DNA of 60,558 nt, from assembly GCA_002269645.1 (NCBI GenBank), contig NIVC01004106.1, positions 1-60,558 on the forward strand, in the 5' to 3' direction. A program made the translations under genes and the position numbers. Positions within the stretch are counted from its first letter, which is position 1; each line of letters begins with the position of its first letter. The DNA comes from Macrostomum lignano. Taxonomy: Eukaryota. Shown one piece after another: positions 38,444-50,381 of the stretch. Under the pieces are notes generated by a model. It saw nothing but the letters and a program-made list of their open reading frames with translations. It had not been told where the DNA came from and did no database searches.

Positions 38444-39631
38444 AGTTGTGGTGGGGTCAATTAAATATCTTAATCAGTCTACTTATAGTAAATAATCACG
38501 CGCATTTTTATCCCAACCAATCAGCGAGTTTCTTCTCTGTTTTTTGTTTAAATATGGCAAATATTTAATAATTTGTATCAATGTGTTATGCTCACCCCTC
38601 CTCTGTCAACGACTATATAAGAAAGAGATTTGGGCCGCAATATATACAACTCGTTTTACTCGATTCACTTGTTCGACAGCCTAATAACTCTTAGTATTTA
38701 AAGTTCAACCTTAAAACTTCCGCTAAGACTTGTTTTCGCTATTTATTTACTGAACAGGAGAAATTTGAGGTCGTGGAGACCCAAAACTAGGGATCTAAAT
38801 AGGAGAAATTTGAGGTCGTGGAGACCCAAAACTAGGGATCTAAATAGGAGAAACTTGAGGTCGTGGAGACCCAAAACTAGGGATCTAAATAGGAGAAACT
38901 TGAGGTCGTGGAGAACCAAGACTAGGGATCTAAATAGGAGAAACTTGAAGTCGTGGAGACCCAAAACTAGGGATCTAAATAGGAGAAATTTGAGGTCGTG
39001 GAGACCCAAAACTAGGGATCTAAATAGGAGAAATTTGAGGTCGTGGAGACCCAAAACTAGGGATCTAAGTAGGAGAAATTTGAGGTCGTGAAGACCCAAA
39101 ACTAGGGATCTAAATAGAAGAAACTTGAGGTCGTGGAGACCCAAGACTAGGAATCTGATTAGAGAAATTAGAGGTCGTGAAGACCCAGGATAGAGGCCAA
39201 AAAGGGGGAATCTCGAGGTCGTACACACCCTAAGAAAGCCGTACAGGCTAACAATAGACATTAGGCGCTAAGAGATTAGGTATTAGGGAAGTAGATTAGC
39301 TACCGCTGGACACCCTTGATCCTCGGAAAACGCTAGACTTTCGGACTGAACTAGCGAATTAGACTGTGTCTTACCGCTCGGGCACTACACGCTATCACAA
39401 GGTTTCTAAGAAATCGTATGAATTAGGAATTCCTAGGAAAAATCATAGTTTAGAATATTTAAAGTAGGCATTTAGTGATATTTTAATTAGACAGACAGCT
39501 AGGCCTGCTACAACTTGGTGGCATTTAGTGCAAAAAAGGAGAAAACACACCTACTACAACTTGGTTGAAATAGAATTCATAAGGGTAAGAGCCATAAGGT
39601 CTACAACAACTTGGTGGCTTTCAGTGGGATC
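38444..39631 (+). mobile_element. LTR-like segment followed by a degenerate tRNA-Leu-like primer binding site
   Basis: Purine run aagggaag before AGTTGTGG; ends C(T/A)ACAACT; CCAAT (~38517) and tatataag (~38614); TGGTGGCtttcaGTGGGAT at 39612. No gag or pol seen. Confidence 0.4.
38756..39190 (+). repeat. 45-bp tandem repeat (aggagaaatttgaggtcgtggagacccaaaactagggatctaaat)
   Basis: About 9 units, degenerating towards the 3' end. Confidence 0.92.
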
Positions 39632-39899
39632 TTTTAGCGAAGAACGATAAAGCCTATAACACAAAGATGTTCTTCGTGAGAAGCGTGCGCCACTTGCTGA
39701 CAGCACTCTAACCAAGCTGTTGCTCCTGCGCGAAAATCGTCACCTAATTGGGCTGGGCGGCAGCAACAACTGAACTGACAATTTTTTACTCTTGATTAGA
39801 ATTTGATCCTGCTGTGCTGGTTAGTGGTTAGTTAATAGCTATATTTGCAGTGGCGAGACTATGGGGTAGCTACATGTACTATTACATTGCTAAACCCGC

Positions 39900-40290
39900 C
39901 GGGGAATAGAGTCGTTTCTTTAGACGATTCCGCTGGGAAACGCATTCGTTTCTCCTTAAAAAACGGCCAAACAAAAAAACGTCTTTGGAAGTCGATTCTT
40001 TGGATAAGAATCGCCACTCAGAGCAGTATTTCTTGGCATTGTTTGGAAACGGCCAGGAAACAGCCGAAGCGATGGAATCGAATAAAGAATCGAAAGAATC
40101 GTCGTTCGATTCCTGGGTCGATTCCAAAATTTCTTTCGATTCTGTTCTCGCACAGAAGCGAAGCAAGATTTTACTTCGATTCCTGGGTCGATTCCAACCT
40201 TTCTTTCGATTCTGTTTTCGCACAGAAGCGAAGCAAGATTTTACTTCGATTCCTGGGTCGATTCCAACCATTCCTTTGATTCTGTTCTTT
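39900..40290. repeat. Cluster of short direct and inverted gaatcg/cgattc motifs plus ~58-bp repeats (subterminal-repeat-like)
   Basis: Repeated cgattcctgggtcgattcc and gaatcg. Could be a CACTA subterminal region, but no TIR was found. Confidence 0.45.
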
Positions 40291-40662
40291 ACATAGAAAC
40301 GATGCAAGATTATAATCTTGATATCATTTAAATGATTAATCATTTATCATGTAAATGTTCGCAGTGTAGACTGCACTTTTTTGTAAAAAAATTTACGTCG
40401 CAAAATGTTTTTGGTTCTGGAACACGCATTGAAAAATTAAAAGTCAATCTATCTAGTTAATCATCTATCTAATGGATCTATCTGATTTTATTCATGTAAT
40501 TTCCTATTAAATTTTTTAGCTATGTTCGTATATCGTTTACGATCGAGCTTCGTGTGTAATGAAAAAAACCGAAATATATTTCTCAAAAGTTATCCTGTAA
40601 ATTACAGCAAATTAACTGCACTAGCCAAACGAGTCAGCTCTACCCGAGCCAGCATTTTGAAT

Positions 40663-41714
40663 CAAGGACTTCTAGACTAACAGGACGTAAAACTCAAAGA
40701 TCGTGCAATTTTTTGGAGGCCACGATTTCCTGGAAAAAATACACTGCAAAGATAGGAAAAAATCAGTTTTTCGTCACAAAATCTGTGATTGTATTTGATC
40801 TGGGGCAGTGAAGACTACCATTCTTTTAATTTAACATGCACAATATGTTACTCTATTATATTTTCATATAGCTGTGTAGTGAAGTTTTCATTTTCATATT
40901 GTTTTCACTTTATTTCATAAGCCCAAAGTTGCAAACTCACAAGTGGCATTAGCCAAATATCAAATTCAAGAAAAGAAAAGCTATTCAAATTTGTAATATA
41001 ATAATATTTTTAGCCTTTAAAATAAAAATTATAAAAGGACTAATCAATGTTTTTTTCTTATAGATACCTAGTAAAAATGGTTAGGGCCTATTTTTGTGAT
41101 TAAGTCTATTCTTCTTAAATCTTAGTCCTAAATATAGGCTTGGCTTAAAAACTGATAATACAGCTTTCTCAAGCCTAGGTAACCAACCATATGAAACTAT
41201 TTATTGGTAATCTATATATAATAAAAAAATCTAAATATACTAATCTCTAAGTCATTGTCTAAATTGAATTACTTATTAGGCTAGATAGTGTAGTGATAGG
41301 TCTAGTTCTAGTAGGCCTAGGAATTAGTATAGTTACTAAACCTACAATAATAGCTTAAGACTAAGAGTACCTACATGCAATGTTTTTATACTTTATTTTA
41401 AAAAGAACAACACAAAAAGTTTGGCTAATGCCACTTGTGAGTTTGCAACTTTGGGCTTATGAAATAAAGTGAAAACAATATGAAAATGAAAACTTCACTA
41501 CACAGCTATAAGAAAATATAATAGAGTAACATATTGTGCATGTTAAATTAAAATAATGGTAGTCTTCACTGCCCCAGATCAAATACAATCACAGATTTTG
41601 TGACGAAAAACTGATTTTTTCCTATCTTTGCAGTGTATTTTTTCCAGGAAATCGTGGCCTCCAAAAAATTGCACGATCTTTGAGTTTTACGTCCTGTTAG
41701 TCTAGAAGTCCTTG
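40663..41714. mobile_element. Foldback MITE with ~295-bp TIRs, probably P superfamily
   Basis: Arms ~40663-40957 and ~41421-41714 are near-perfect inverted copies; termini CAAGG...CCTTG; 8-bp TSD ttttgaat at 40655-40662 and 41715-41722. Confidence 0.85.
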
Positions 41715-42281
41715 TTTTGAATATCTGAAAAAGAAGGTAGTGTTTGTTTTTCAGCTAGATTTCGTTACAGATAAATCAAAAATATTGTTTTTTTAACTGA
41801 TTAGTGTAGATTTATGTAATTTTATATCCAAAATATAGTGTTTGTAATATAGTGTGGTTGCTGTGAATTAGTAGACGTTTTTTTATCGTTTGTTAAAACT
41901 CGACAAATTCAAATATACGAAACTGTAAGACGTATATACGAGCTCGTAGAACCTCGCTCGAATCGAATACATTCGATCTCCAAGGTTCGGTTCGGCAATA
42001 CTCCCAGAGTCCCAATATGCGTGTTTCAGAGATTTGATACTTTACAAATCATTTTATATTTGTGACTATCATGATTACTTATGTATGTAATTAGTTAAAA
42101 AATTAAGTTGTTCACACTGGACTCATAACACAAAGGACTGGAAACTAGACTGATACTCTAGATTCTAGGCATACTTTGTGCATTGTATTCCTAAGTTAAA
42201 TGTTGTATGTCTAATTCCTTTTGAACTTTATTGTTAGGGAACAAGGGTAGATTGTGCTTTGTATGCTTTGTATATTCTGTA

Positions 42282-43908
42282 TCTATCTCTAACTATAAAA
42301 ATCAAAACTCTGTCTGTGTGTCTGTCTGTCTGTCTGTATGTGTGTCTGTGGACAATTTTGATCGCTATGGACTCCCAAACCACTCAACCAAATTACACCA
42401 AACTTTACACCCACCCTAAACTCACTACGGAGAATGTCTTAGGCTACCTTTTAATTTCCTAGACTCAAGTCTTCCTACCTAAAAGTACAAAAAACTGCTC
42501 AAAATGCGCGATTTTTTCACTAAATCCTCCATAGCGCCGCTCCACTTCTACCGATTCTCTTCAAATTTGACACAGGCAATTTTCAACTATTTTGACACAA
42601 TCGTGTAAAATTTCAAATCTCAAAGTTAATCCTGAAAGCCGCTGTGCACTTTTAAAGTTTGGCTGTTTTTTTCAGCGAGGCAGCCACCCCAGCCTCCGCC
42701 CGCCTGCCTCTCTTTCCCGATCTGGGCCCAGATGTGTAAAAGGGTTTCAAAATTGACTAACTTTCAGCTGCCATAAGTTTGCTCCAAGTAAAGCGATTGA
42801 CTTCAAACTTGACACAATTCTTCGTTGACTTATTCTCTGTCTAAATGTAAAGTTTCAACTCAATCAGAACAGAAACTGTAAGCATGTGAAGTTTGTCTGC
42901 TTTTTCTGTTGTTTGTGCCACTCACTCACTCATTCCCCCAGCCCAGACGAAGGGTCAGGCGATAGGGCTCAATGTACATAGCGAATGTACAGTGTTTTGG
43001 AATAACTTTTTAATAGCCTTCTCTGTACCCCCGCGAGTGGAGAGGCGTGGAGAGGAGAGAGTTTAGCGAGAGATTCAATTTCAAACCACTGTCCTCTGAA
43101 TAGACAAGTCTGCAGCAGTTAAACAAGGATGGCAAATCAAGGCGATGTGGGATGGTTTGTAAAAATATCGAAAAATTAATGAATAACTGATTACAATGCA
43201 ATCCTACTAAATTAGTTAGTTAAAGCATGAAGCTTTTAACATTAAGATTCGCATAAGGTAACTTTAAAATTTAAATGGCTACGAAGAAATGCGTATTTCC
43301 TTGGTTGTTAGACTGCTGCAGACTGGTGGTGGAGCTGGGGAATGGAGATACACAAATTCCTCTCAGGGCTGCTAATTGGCCAGAAAGATGACGCGATTAA
43401 AGCATGAGAAATGATAACAAATAACAACCATGATAGTATTACTTCCCATCCCATGCACAAACTGGCTTTCGAAGCAGGGATCGGCAGATTTTTATCTCAA
43501 AGGCCAGATAAAGAATCCAGCTCATGGCTGCGGGCCAGATGAGAGTGAAAAGGAAAAGGAATAGACTATTAGAAAGGGAGGAGGGGCGAGAGGGGGATAA
43601 GAGAGCAGATAGAAGATAACAGGAGAGACGAGGGGGTTGAGGAGAGAGCAGAGAATATGGGACGAAGAAGCGAGAGGGGGGAGAGAGAAGGGAGACGAAA
43701 TAGTAGAGGTGAGAAGATGGAGAGAGAAGAGGGGAGAGATGAGACAGAGGATCGATGAGAGAGGAGAGTGGAGAAGAGTGAGAAGAGATGAGAGATGAGA
43801 GAACAGAGAGGCAAATGAGAGAGCATCGAGAGAAGAGATTAGAAAGGATAGAGAAGAGAGGAGATAAGAGGGGGAGAGAGAGGAGTGAGAAGAGAGGAGA
43901 TAAGAGAT

Positions 43909-44001
<93 letters not shown>

Positions 44002-45272
44002 GAGAAAGAAGAGAGGACAAAGGAGAGATGATAGAGTAAAGGGAAGAGGAGGAGAGAAAAAAGAGATGAGATTGTAGAGATGAGGGAGATGAAAGGAAAG
44101 ATGAGAGAGTAGAGATGAAGGAAGAGAGAGCAGAGTGCAGAGAGACGAGAGAAGAGAATAGAGGGGTGAGAGTATAGAAGAGGGAAGAGAAGAGAGGAGT
44201 AAGGAAAGAGAGGAGTCAGAAGAGGAGAAAGAGAAGAGTACACAGTAGAGAGGAGAGTAGAGCTGACAGAAGAGAGAGGGATATGAGAGAGCAAAGATGA
44301 GAGTGAACAGACGATATAAGAGAGGAGAGAGGAGAGTGGAGAGAGAAGAGAGAAGACAAGAGAGGGAGAGAGTATAGAAGAGAGAAGAGAAGAGACGAGA
44401 AGAAAGAAGAAAGGAAAGAGAGTCCTGAGTCAAAAAAGGGGAAAGAGAGGAGTACAAGAAGAGAGAGGTGAGAGAACATATGAGAGTAAAGATGACAGAT
44501 GAGAGAGGGGAGATGAGAGAGCAGAAACCAGAGTGAATAGACGAGAGATGGGAGAGTAGAGAGAAGAGAGGAGAGATAAGAAATAAGAGATGAGATGTGG
44601 GGACAAGGGAGAGATGAGAAGTGAGTGAGGAGAGAGGAGGGGAAGGGAGAGAATTGAGAGGACAGGGGAAATTGGTGAAAAGGACGAGAGAGGAGAGGAA
44701 AGAGAGGAGAGATTAGAGAGAAGAGAGATAGGACAGGAGAGAGCAGAGAGAAGAGAGGAGAGAGAGAAGAGAGAAATGAGAAAAGATAAGAGAGAGAGAG
44801 AGAAGATAAAAGAAGAGAAATGAGATATAAGAGAGCGAAGACGAGAGAGAAGGGAGGTGAGAGAAAAGAATAGAGGGGAGAGGGAAGAGACGAGAGAAGA
44901 GGGGAGAGAGGAGAGAGGACAGAGAAGAGAAGAAAGAAGAGATAAGAGGAGAAAAAGAGGAGACGAGAGACGTGAGAGAAGATAGGAAACAGAAAAGAAG
45001 ATGGAAGTTTTAAAGGATGCAAAGTACATAGGGAGAGGCAGAGGCAGAGGCCAGAGTTTGCCTGACATTCTGCGCAGCACCCCAGCCAACAATATCAATG
45101 TTTGTTTCAAATCCTAATTTTACACGAATCTATACTCTATTTTATGTTTAACTCCATCCTAACTATTAACAAGTTTTTGTTTGAGTTTGACCTCAGATTT
45201 TAGATTACATGCAAAAATAATTCTGGGGAATGGAGTTCCCCGGGTTCAAAATCCGCGGGTTTCAACAGCTTG
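42282..45272 (+). mobile_element. Non-autonomous Helitron family B, copy 2 (~3.0 kb)
   Basis: A|TCTATCTCTAACTATAAAAATC start; same body as 26580-29485; same CTTG|T end; no TSD. Confidence 0.88.
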
Positions 45273-45276
45273 TCAG

Positions 45277-47718
45277 TTAATAAAAAGCAGCTTGATAGTG
45301 ATAGCAGTGACAATGAGTATGTGTCTGCAGGTGATATACTTAGTGAACCTACTAATTCAAGTAGTAATGGCTTGGCTCATACCAATGAAGACTTACAATT
45401 AGATTCAGTGAAGCTGCCTGCTGGGTCTGATGGCACAGACGACATTGAAAGTGAGACCTATTCAGATGATGACCCAGTGTCTGATCTAGATGCTGACAGT
45501 AACAGCGTTGACGAGGAGTACGAGTCTGCTGAAGAAGCAGATAATGAACCCACTCAGACGTCTACAGATTCGTTTGTTGATGGCTCATCTGTTTGTGACA
45601 ATTTAAACTGCGATTCACCAAAACTGCATGCTGGATCTGATGTTCCGCTAAAAGATGCAGTTATCATTTTAGAACGCTTTGCTATGGAGGCAAATTTGAC
45701 TAGAGAAAAAAGCGAAGCCTTGCTTAATATGTTGCACTATTTTATTCCAGGCTGCCGGCTTCCATGCACGTTGTATAAATTAGATGACTGTTTAAAAGAG
45801 CAGGCGTCTGTGATGGGCAGCACCGTGTGCCACATTGTGTGCAACAGCTGTGGACACACTTGCGTGGGTCGAGCTCAACCAAATAACTCGAGCTGTACAA
45901 ACTGCAACAAAAAAAACATTGGGAACTTTTGGATGTTCGATATTCGAGCGCAGCTTCGCTCTATGATTGAGTCTAGTAGACTGCTAGAGTCGGTGAAATT
46001 TCAACAAGATCTCATTAAGGAAACTAGTCCAGAAGTTCTGCACCTAGTTAACAGCGTACTTTATCGCGAGTTTCTTCAAACTGTACCAGTTGAAAGTAAA
46101 GATGATCTTACCTACACTTTGTGTAGCGACGGGTTTCCTGTATTTAGTACTGCACATGTCGAGGTGTGCCCTGTCTATTTATCTATTAACGAATTGGCAG
46201 ATGGTGTAAAGCACAAGTATGTTGTCCTGTGTGGTGTTTGGGCCGGTCGTGTCAAGGTAAATTCCGCTGGATTTCTGCCAGTCGTTGTCAAGGAATTAAA
46301 TGGCTTAGTGGACCCCGGTGTTGAGTACACTGATCATGGTGGTAGCTCTAGGATATTGCGTCTGCACCCATTACTAGCAATGTTCGACGCTCCAGCAAGA
46401 GCAGATGCACTGTGCTTTAAAAGATTCAACGCCGTTTTTGGCTGTGATAAGTGTCTCATTCAAACGATCCCCCAAACTCGTGGCGGAATTCAGACTGGCG
46501 GCCGACTCTATCCGCTCAACATAAAAAAGTCGACTATTTCGCAAGCCAGGTTGGAGGGGTGCGATCATCCTGAGGCCAGATGTGTTCCAGATACAGAAAA
46601 GCTGGCCGCTAAGCAAGTCGATAGGCATGGCCATGATGTCGTCTTTAAAACTAACTCAGACCTTCTTGGGGTCAAAGGGCCATCTCCGCTTCGTTCGCTG
46701 ACTGGCCTTGACTATATCCGCGGCACTCCGCCATGTTATCTACATCAATTCCTCAGTGGTGTAGTTCGCTGGCTACTTCTGCAACTGTTCTTGTTGCGGG
46801 GGCAGAAACCTGAACCCAGTGGCCGAAACCCAGACTTGCACAAACGACGCGACGCCATTGACAAGCATGTCATTGAGATTCGAGTTCCACATTGTGCTCA
46901 GCGACGACCACCAATAACGTTAAAGGAACTCAAGAATTTCCGTGGATATGAACTAGAAATGTGGCTTCTAATTTATGGACCAATGGTACTGGAATCATTT
47001 TTGCCTGGTGATTATTGGCACAACTTTGCAATGCTTTTAAGCGCAGCTTTCTGGCTCACATTTAACCGTACACCAATGACGGAACTTGAGGCCGTACATC
47101 GTACCCTGCGACACTTCCACTCTGCACTTCCAACATTGTACTCGCAGCGTGCGTTAACTTACAATGTGCATCAAGTCTGCCGACATGTCGTTGCACATGC
47201 TGGACCCATACACGCACAGTCGTCCGCTTTGTTCGAAGGGATGCACAGACGCATCGGAAGTCAGATACGAGGCTCGCGCAACATTGACATTCGATGGTGC
47301 TTTTAGATGGATGTCCGCTTTTCTACCGGCTGGCTTTAAAATTGAGGTTTACCAGCCAAACATGCGACATCGCCGAGTATTGTCGTGCTTCCTCGGACTT
47401 GTCGGGACCTCACCGACAAACTTTCACTTTGGCCGGCTGCAGTATCTGTACACAACGACTGACAACCGAGTCATGGCTAGTGTACAACTCTTGTCTGTCC
47501 ATCCGCCTCAGTTCGATCACCTGCCGGCACTGGTGGGTGTGTTATCAGACTCTCAAAGCCGAGGATGTGCGTACAGTCACGTGAGAAAGCTCAATTGCGA
47601 CCCCTTCGGCGATTTAGACGTCGTGAGTAACGTGCCTATTGCGGACATTGTTGGATGCTGTGCCATCAGTGGGGATTGCGTTGCATTAATGCCACATGCG
47701 CAGCATGGTACCGCTTAA
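45277..47718 (+). pseudogene. EnSpm/CACTA (CMC)-type DDE transposase exon, frameshifted near 47290
   Basis: Acidic N-terminus; CNSC..CTNC; LCSDGFPVF; VYLSINEL; FDAPARA..FNAVFGCDKC; HQFLSGV; TYNVHQ; SSALFEG; C-terminal FHFGRLQYLY in the next frame. Confidence 0.82.
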
Positions 47719-48490
47719 GCACTAGAACGTTTCAACTAACTATAATTTAGTGCACATCTAACCAGATTAAGAAGTTTTATTAAAGTCATAAAGTAGAAAA
47801 AAAAGAAAGACCAGGGGGACGCAGCACATTCCCTTGCCGTATCATCACCAACGCCTGGATCTGCGTTGCCCAGCCTGGGTGTGAACGTTCTAGCCCCCGG
47901 GAGGGCACATTCATCTCAAGAAGACAATCTATTTGGCTTTATCAGGCCCTTTTGTCTTTGTCCTTGAAATTATGTAATATTGTAATGAATGCACACGAAT
48001 GCTTTTATATTTAATCAATAATAGATACTCGTAAAATTAACCAAATTCTGATTACGAGCTTGTATGCAATAAGTAACGAACCCCTAACCTTAATGTTGCT
48101 ATGCTACAGTTTATTGCTACCAATGACACGGCTTCAATTTTCCTCATGTTAAACACGTGCTTTAGCAATATAAGTAACCTAAATTTTCTGGCAGCTACAG
48201 TACGTCATGGTCTCGAACTGTGTATGTGGTGAAATAGGTGAATAGGTTAGAAATTGAGGATCCAGGATTCTACGATCTACGATAAATGCTACCTATTCTA
48301 AACATGTGCTCAACTTTTTCAGTACAGCAATTTTTAGAAATGTTTTATAGTTAGAATGGCGAATGCTTTTGTAACTATTTTTGTATGTTGCTGGTATATG
48401 ACTATGCTATAGTAGTAGTAGGGCGAATTATGATACTGCCGCACTAGCACTGGCGAGATAGGCGGCAATGCAAATGTATAGGGAAAAATA

Positions 48491-48894
48491 CACTGCGGAG
48501 ATATGAGCCCTATCTCTGTGCATTGGGGACGGCTAAGCACTGCAGAGATATGAGCTCTATCTCTGTGCATTGGGGACGGCTAAGCACTGCAGAGATATGA
48601 GCTCTATCTCTGTGCATTGGGGACGGCTAAGCACTGCAGAGATATGAGCTCTATCTCTGTGCATTGGGGACGGCTAAGCACTGCAGAGATATGAGCTCTA
48701 TCTCTGTACATTGGGGACGGCTAAGCACTGCAGAGATATGAGCTCTATCTCTGTGCATTGGGGACGGCTAAGCACTGCAGAGATATGAGCTCTATCTCTG
48801 TGCATTGGGGACGGCTAAGCACTGCAGAGATATGAGCTCTATCTCTGTGCATTGGGGACGGCTAAGCACTGCAGAGATATGAGCTCTATCTCTG
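48491..48894 (+). repeat. 47-bp tandem repeat in the Polinton terminal region (~8.6 units)
   Basis: gcactgcagagatatgagctctatctctgtgcattggggacggctaa; internal cagagata/tatctctg stem. Confidence 0.95.
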
Positions 48895-48899
48895 CTTAA

Positions 48900-49072
48900 C
48901 ACTGGAGTGATAGGAGAAGAGGCGGCCTATCTCTTTACACTGGAGATGGTTAACACTGCAGAGATAGGAGGAGAGGCGGCCTATCTCTTTACACTGGAGA
49001 TGGTTAACACTGCAGAGATAGGAGGAGAGGCGGCCTATCTCTTTGCATTGGGGGTGGTTAACACTGCAGAGA
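48900..49072 (+). repeat. 54-bp related repeat (~3 units)
   Basis: cactgcagagatag-gaggagaggcggc-ctatctct units. Confidence 0.85.
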
Positions 49073-49116
49073 TAAGATGTTAATCTATGTAATTGGAAAT
49101 AATGTTTGCGAAAGAG

Positions 49117-49177
49117 CCAATCACAGAGCCCGGAGTGGGATGAGTGGTTTGGGGTGGTTCGGTCGAGGGTATATAAG
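49117..49177 (+). promoter_or_regulatory. CCAAT box plus TATA box (GTATATAAG) upstream of the PC4-like gene
   Basis: ccaat at 49117; gtatataag at 49169; ATG at 49282. Confidence 0.6.
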
Positions 49178-49281
49178 CCCCGAAATTGACAAGAAAGAAT
49201 TCTCAATTTTTCAAATCCAAAATTTCATCCGAACTTTTCCTCAGCTTTTAACTTTTGTGAGTTTTCAATTGCGAAAGGAAA

Positions 49282-50055
49282 ATGGACATCTGTGAAGGCT
49301 ATAAGGCACAAGTCCAGGAGTTTGAAGGACAAAAATTTATCGCTATTCGCAAGTTTTACCGACACGGCAGCACGGCAAGTCTGAAGCCAGGCGTCCCAGG
49401 ATTCAACCTGAATGTTCACCAATGGAAGAAATTGAAGGAGGTGAAACGCTCACTTGTGATTTCTGCACGCAACAACGAGCCCAAGGTCGTGAAACTCGGC
49501 TTCGATAAGTTTGTGGAAGTCAAAGGCGGCATCATTTGGCTCAAACGGCTGCCGGAAGATTGCTGCGAGGAGTTTTTGAGACGAAACGCCGTACCACTGA
49601 CTCCGCCGCTGTGGCAGAAGCTCTGGAAAATCGCCTCCTGGATCGACGGTCAGCTGGTGGCTCCCTTGAGGAACTCAATGCAGTACGAGCTGGAGTCTGA
49701 TGAGGAAGAGGAGGAAGAGGACAAGAAGCTCAAGTTGGAGGCTGACCAGGACACGAAGCCCATAATGGAGACTGATGAGGGCGGAGAGCATGCTGATGAC
49801 GAGGACGTTAGCTCGCCCACAAGGTCGCGCATTGTGACTGAGCCTATCACATCCACACCGATACCTTTGGTTGATTCTGATGCTGGACTGCTTCCGCAGC
49901 GGGACACCAACCTTGAGGAAGATCCGGTGTGGTATCAGTTCAGGGCGCATGCAGCGGCTTCGACGGTGAGCAGCAGCAGCAGAAAGCGAAAGCTGCCATT
50001 TCAACTTCGTCGGCAGGACGCGATGAGGCTGCCCAATGTTCGCTTTGATAACTGA
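49282..50055 (+). CDS. PC4/Sub1-like ssDNA-binding protein, probably two PC4 repeats, with an acidic tail
   Basis: YKAQVQEFEGQKFIAIRKFY..LKPGVPGFNLNVHQWKKLKE parallels the PC4 core (RYVSVRDFKGK..IDIREYW..KPGRKGISLNPEQWSQLKE); weaker second copy LGFDKFVEV..VPLTPPLWQKL. Confidence 0.75.
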   Translation: MDICEGYKAQVQEFEGQKFIAIRKFYRHGSTASLKPGVPGFNLNVHQWKKLKEVKRSLVISARNNEPKVVKLGFDKFVEVKGGIIWLKRLPEDCCEEFLRRNAVPLTPPLWQKLWKIASWIDGQLVAPLRNSMQYELESDEEEEEEDKKLKLEADQDTKPIMETDEGGEHADDEDVSSPTRSRIVTEPITSTPIPLVDSDAGLLPQRDTNLEEDPVWYQFRAHAAASTVSSSSRKRKLPFQLRRQDAMRLPNVRFDN

Positions 50056-50381
50056 ACAGCTAGAATGCTTTGAATGCATTGGACTAACTAAATTACTTTT
50101 AGCTTGCACATGATTATCCAGCCTATATCTGACGGCACTATGCTGTTTTTTATCTCTGCTATTTCTGAAATGCTGGTGTGCGAGTGTTTTAGTGTTCGTT
50201 TTTATGGATTGTTTGCTTTCGGAAAATACACCGACTGTTACGATGTTAGAGGTTTCAATCTGACAGTAATAAATTAATTTGCCACTCGTTTCTCTATCAT
50301 TTAATTGGAATATAAATTTCTACTTAAGAAAAAATACTGTACAGCTAGAGCAGGTGGATAGGCACGTATCTTGATAAACCC

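Noticed and set aside
38756-39190. 45-bp repeat as CRISPR or as coding (RSWRPKTRDLNRRNL)
   Set aside because: No spacers; the ORFs are confined to the array.
45270-45276. TTG start for the transposase
   Set aside because: TTG is the end of the inserted Helitron; the ORF more plausibly begins at a splice acceptor.
47720-48410. Right terminus of the CACTA element
   Set aside because: I could not find a CAC/CCC-type TIR pair matching anything near 39850-40400.
48491-48894. Palindromic 47-bp repeats as a CRISPR array
   Set aside because: Units are contiguous with no unique spacers, there are no cas genes, and the context is eukaryotic.
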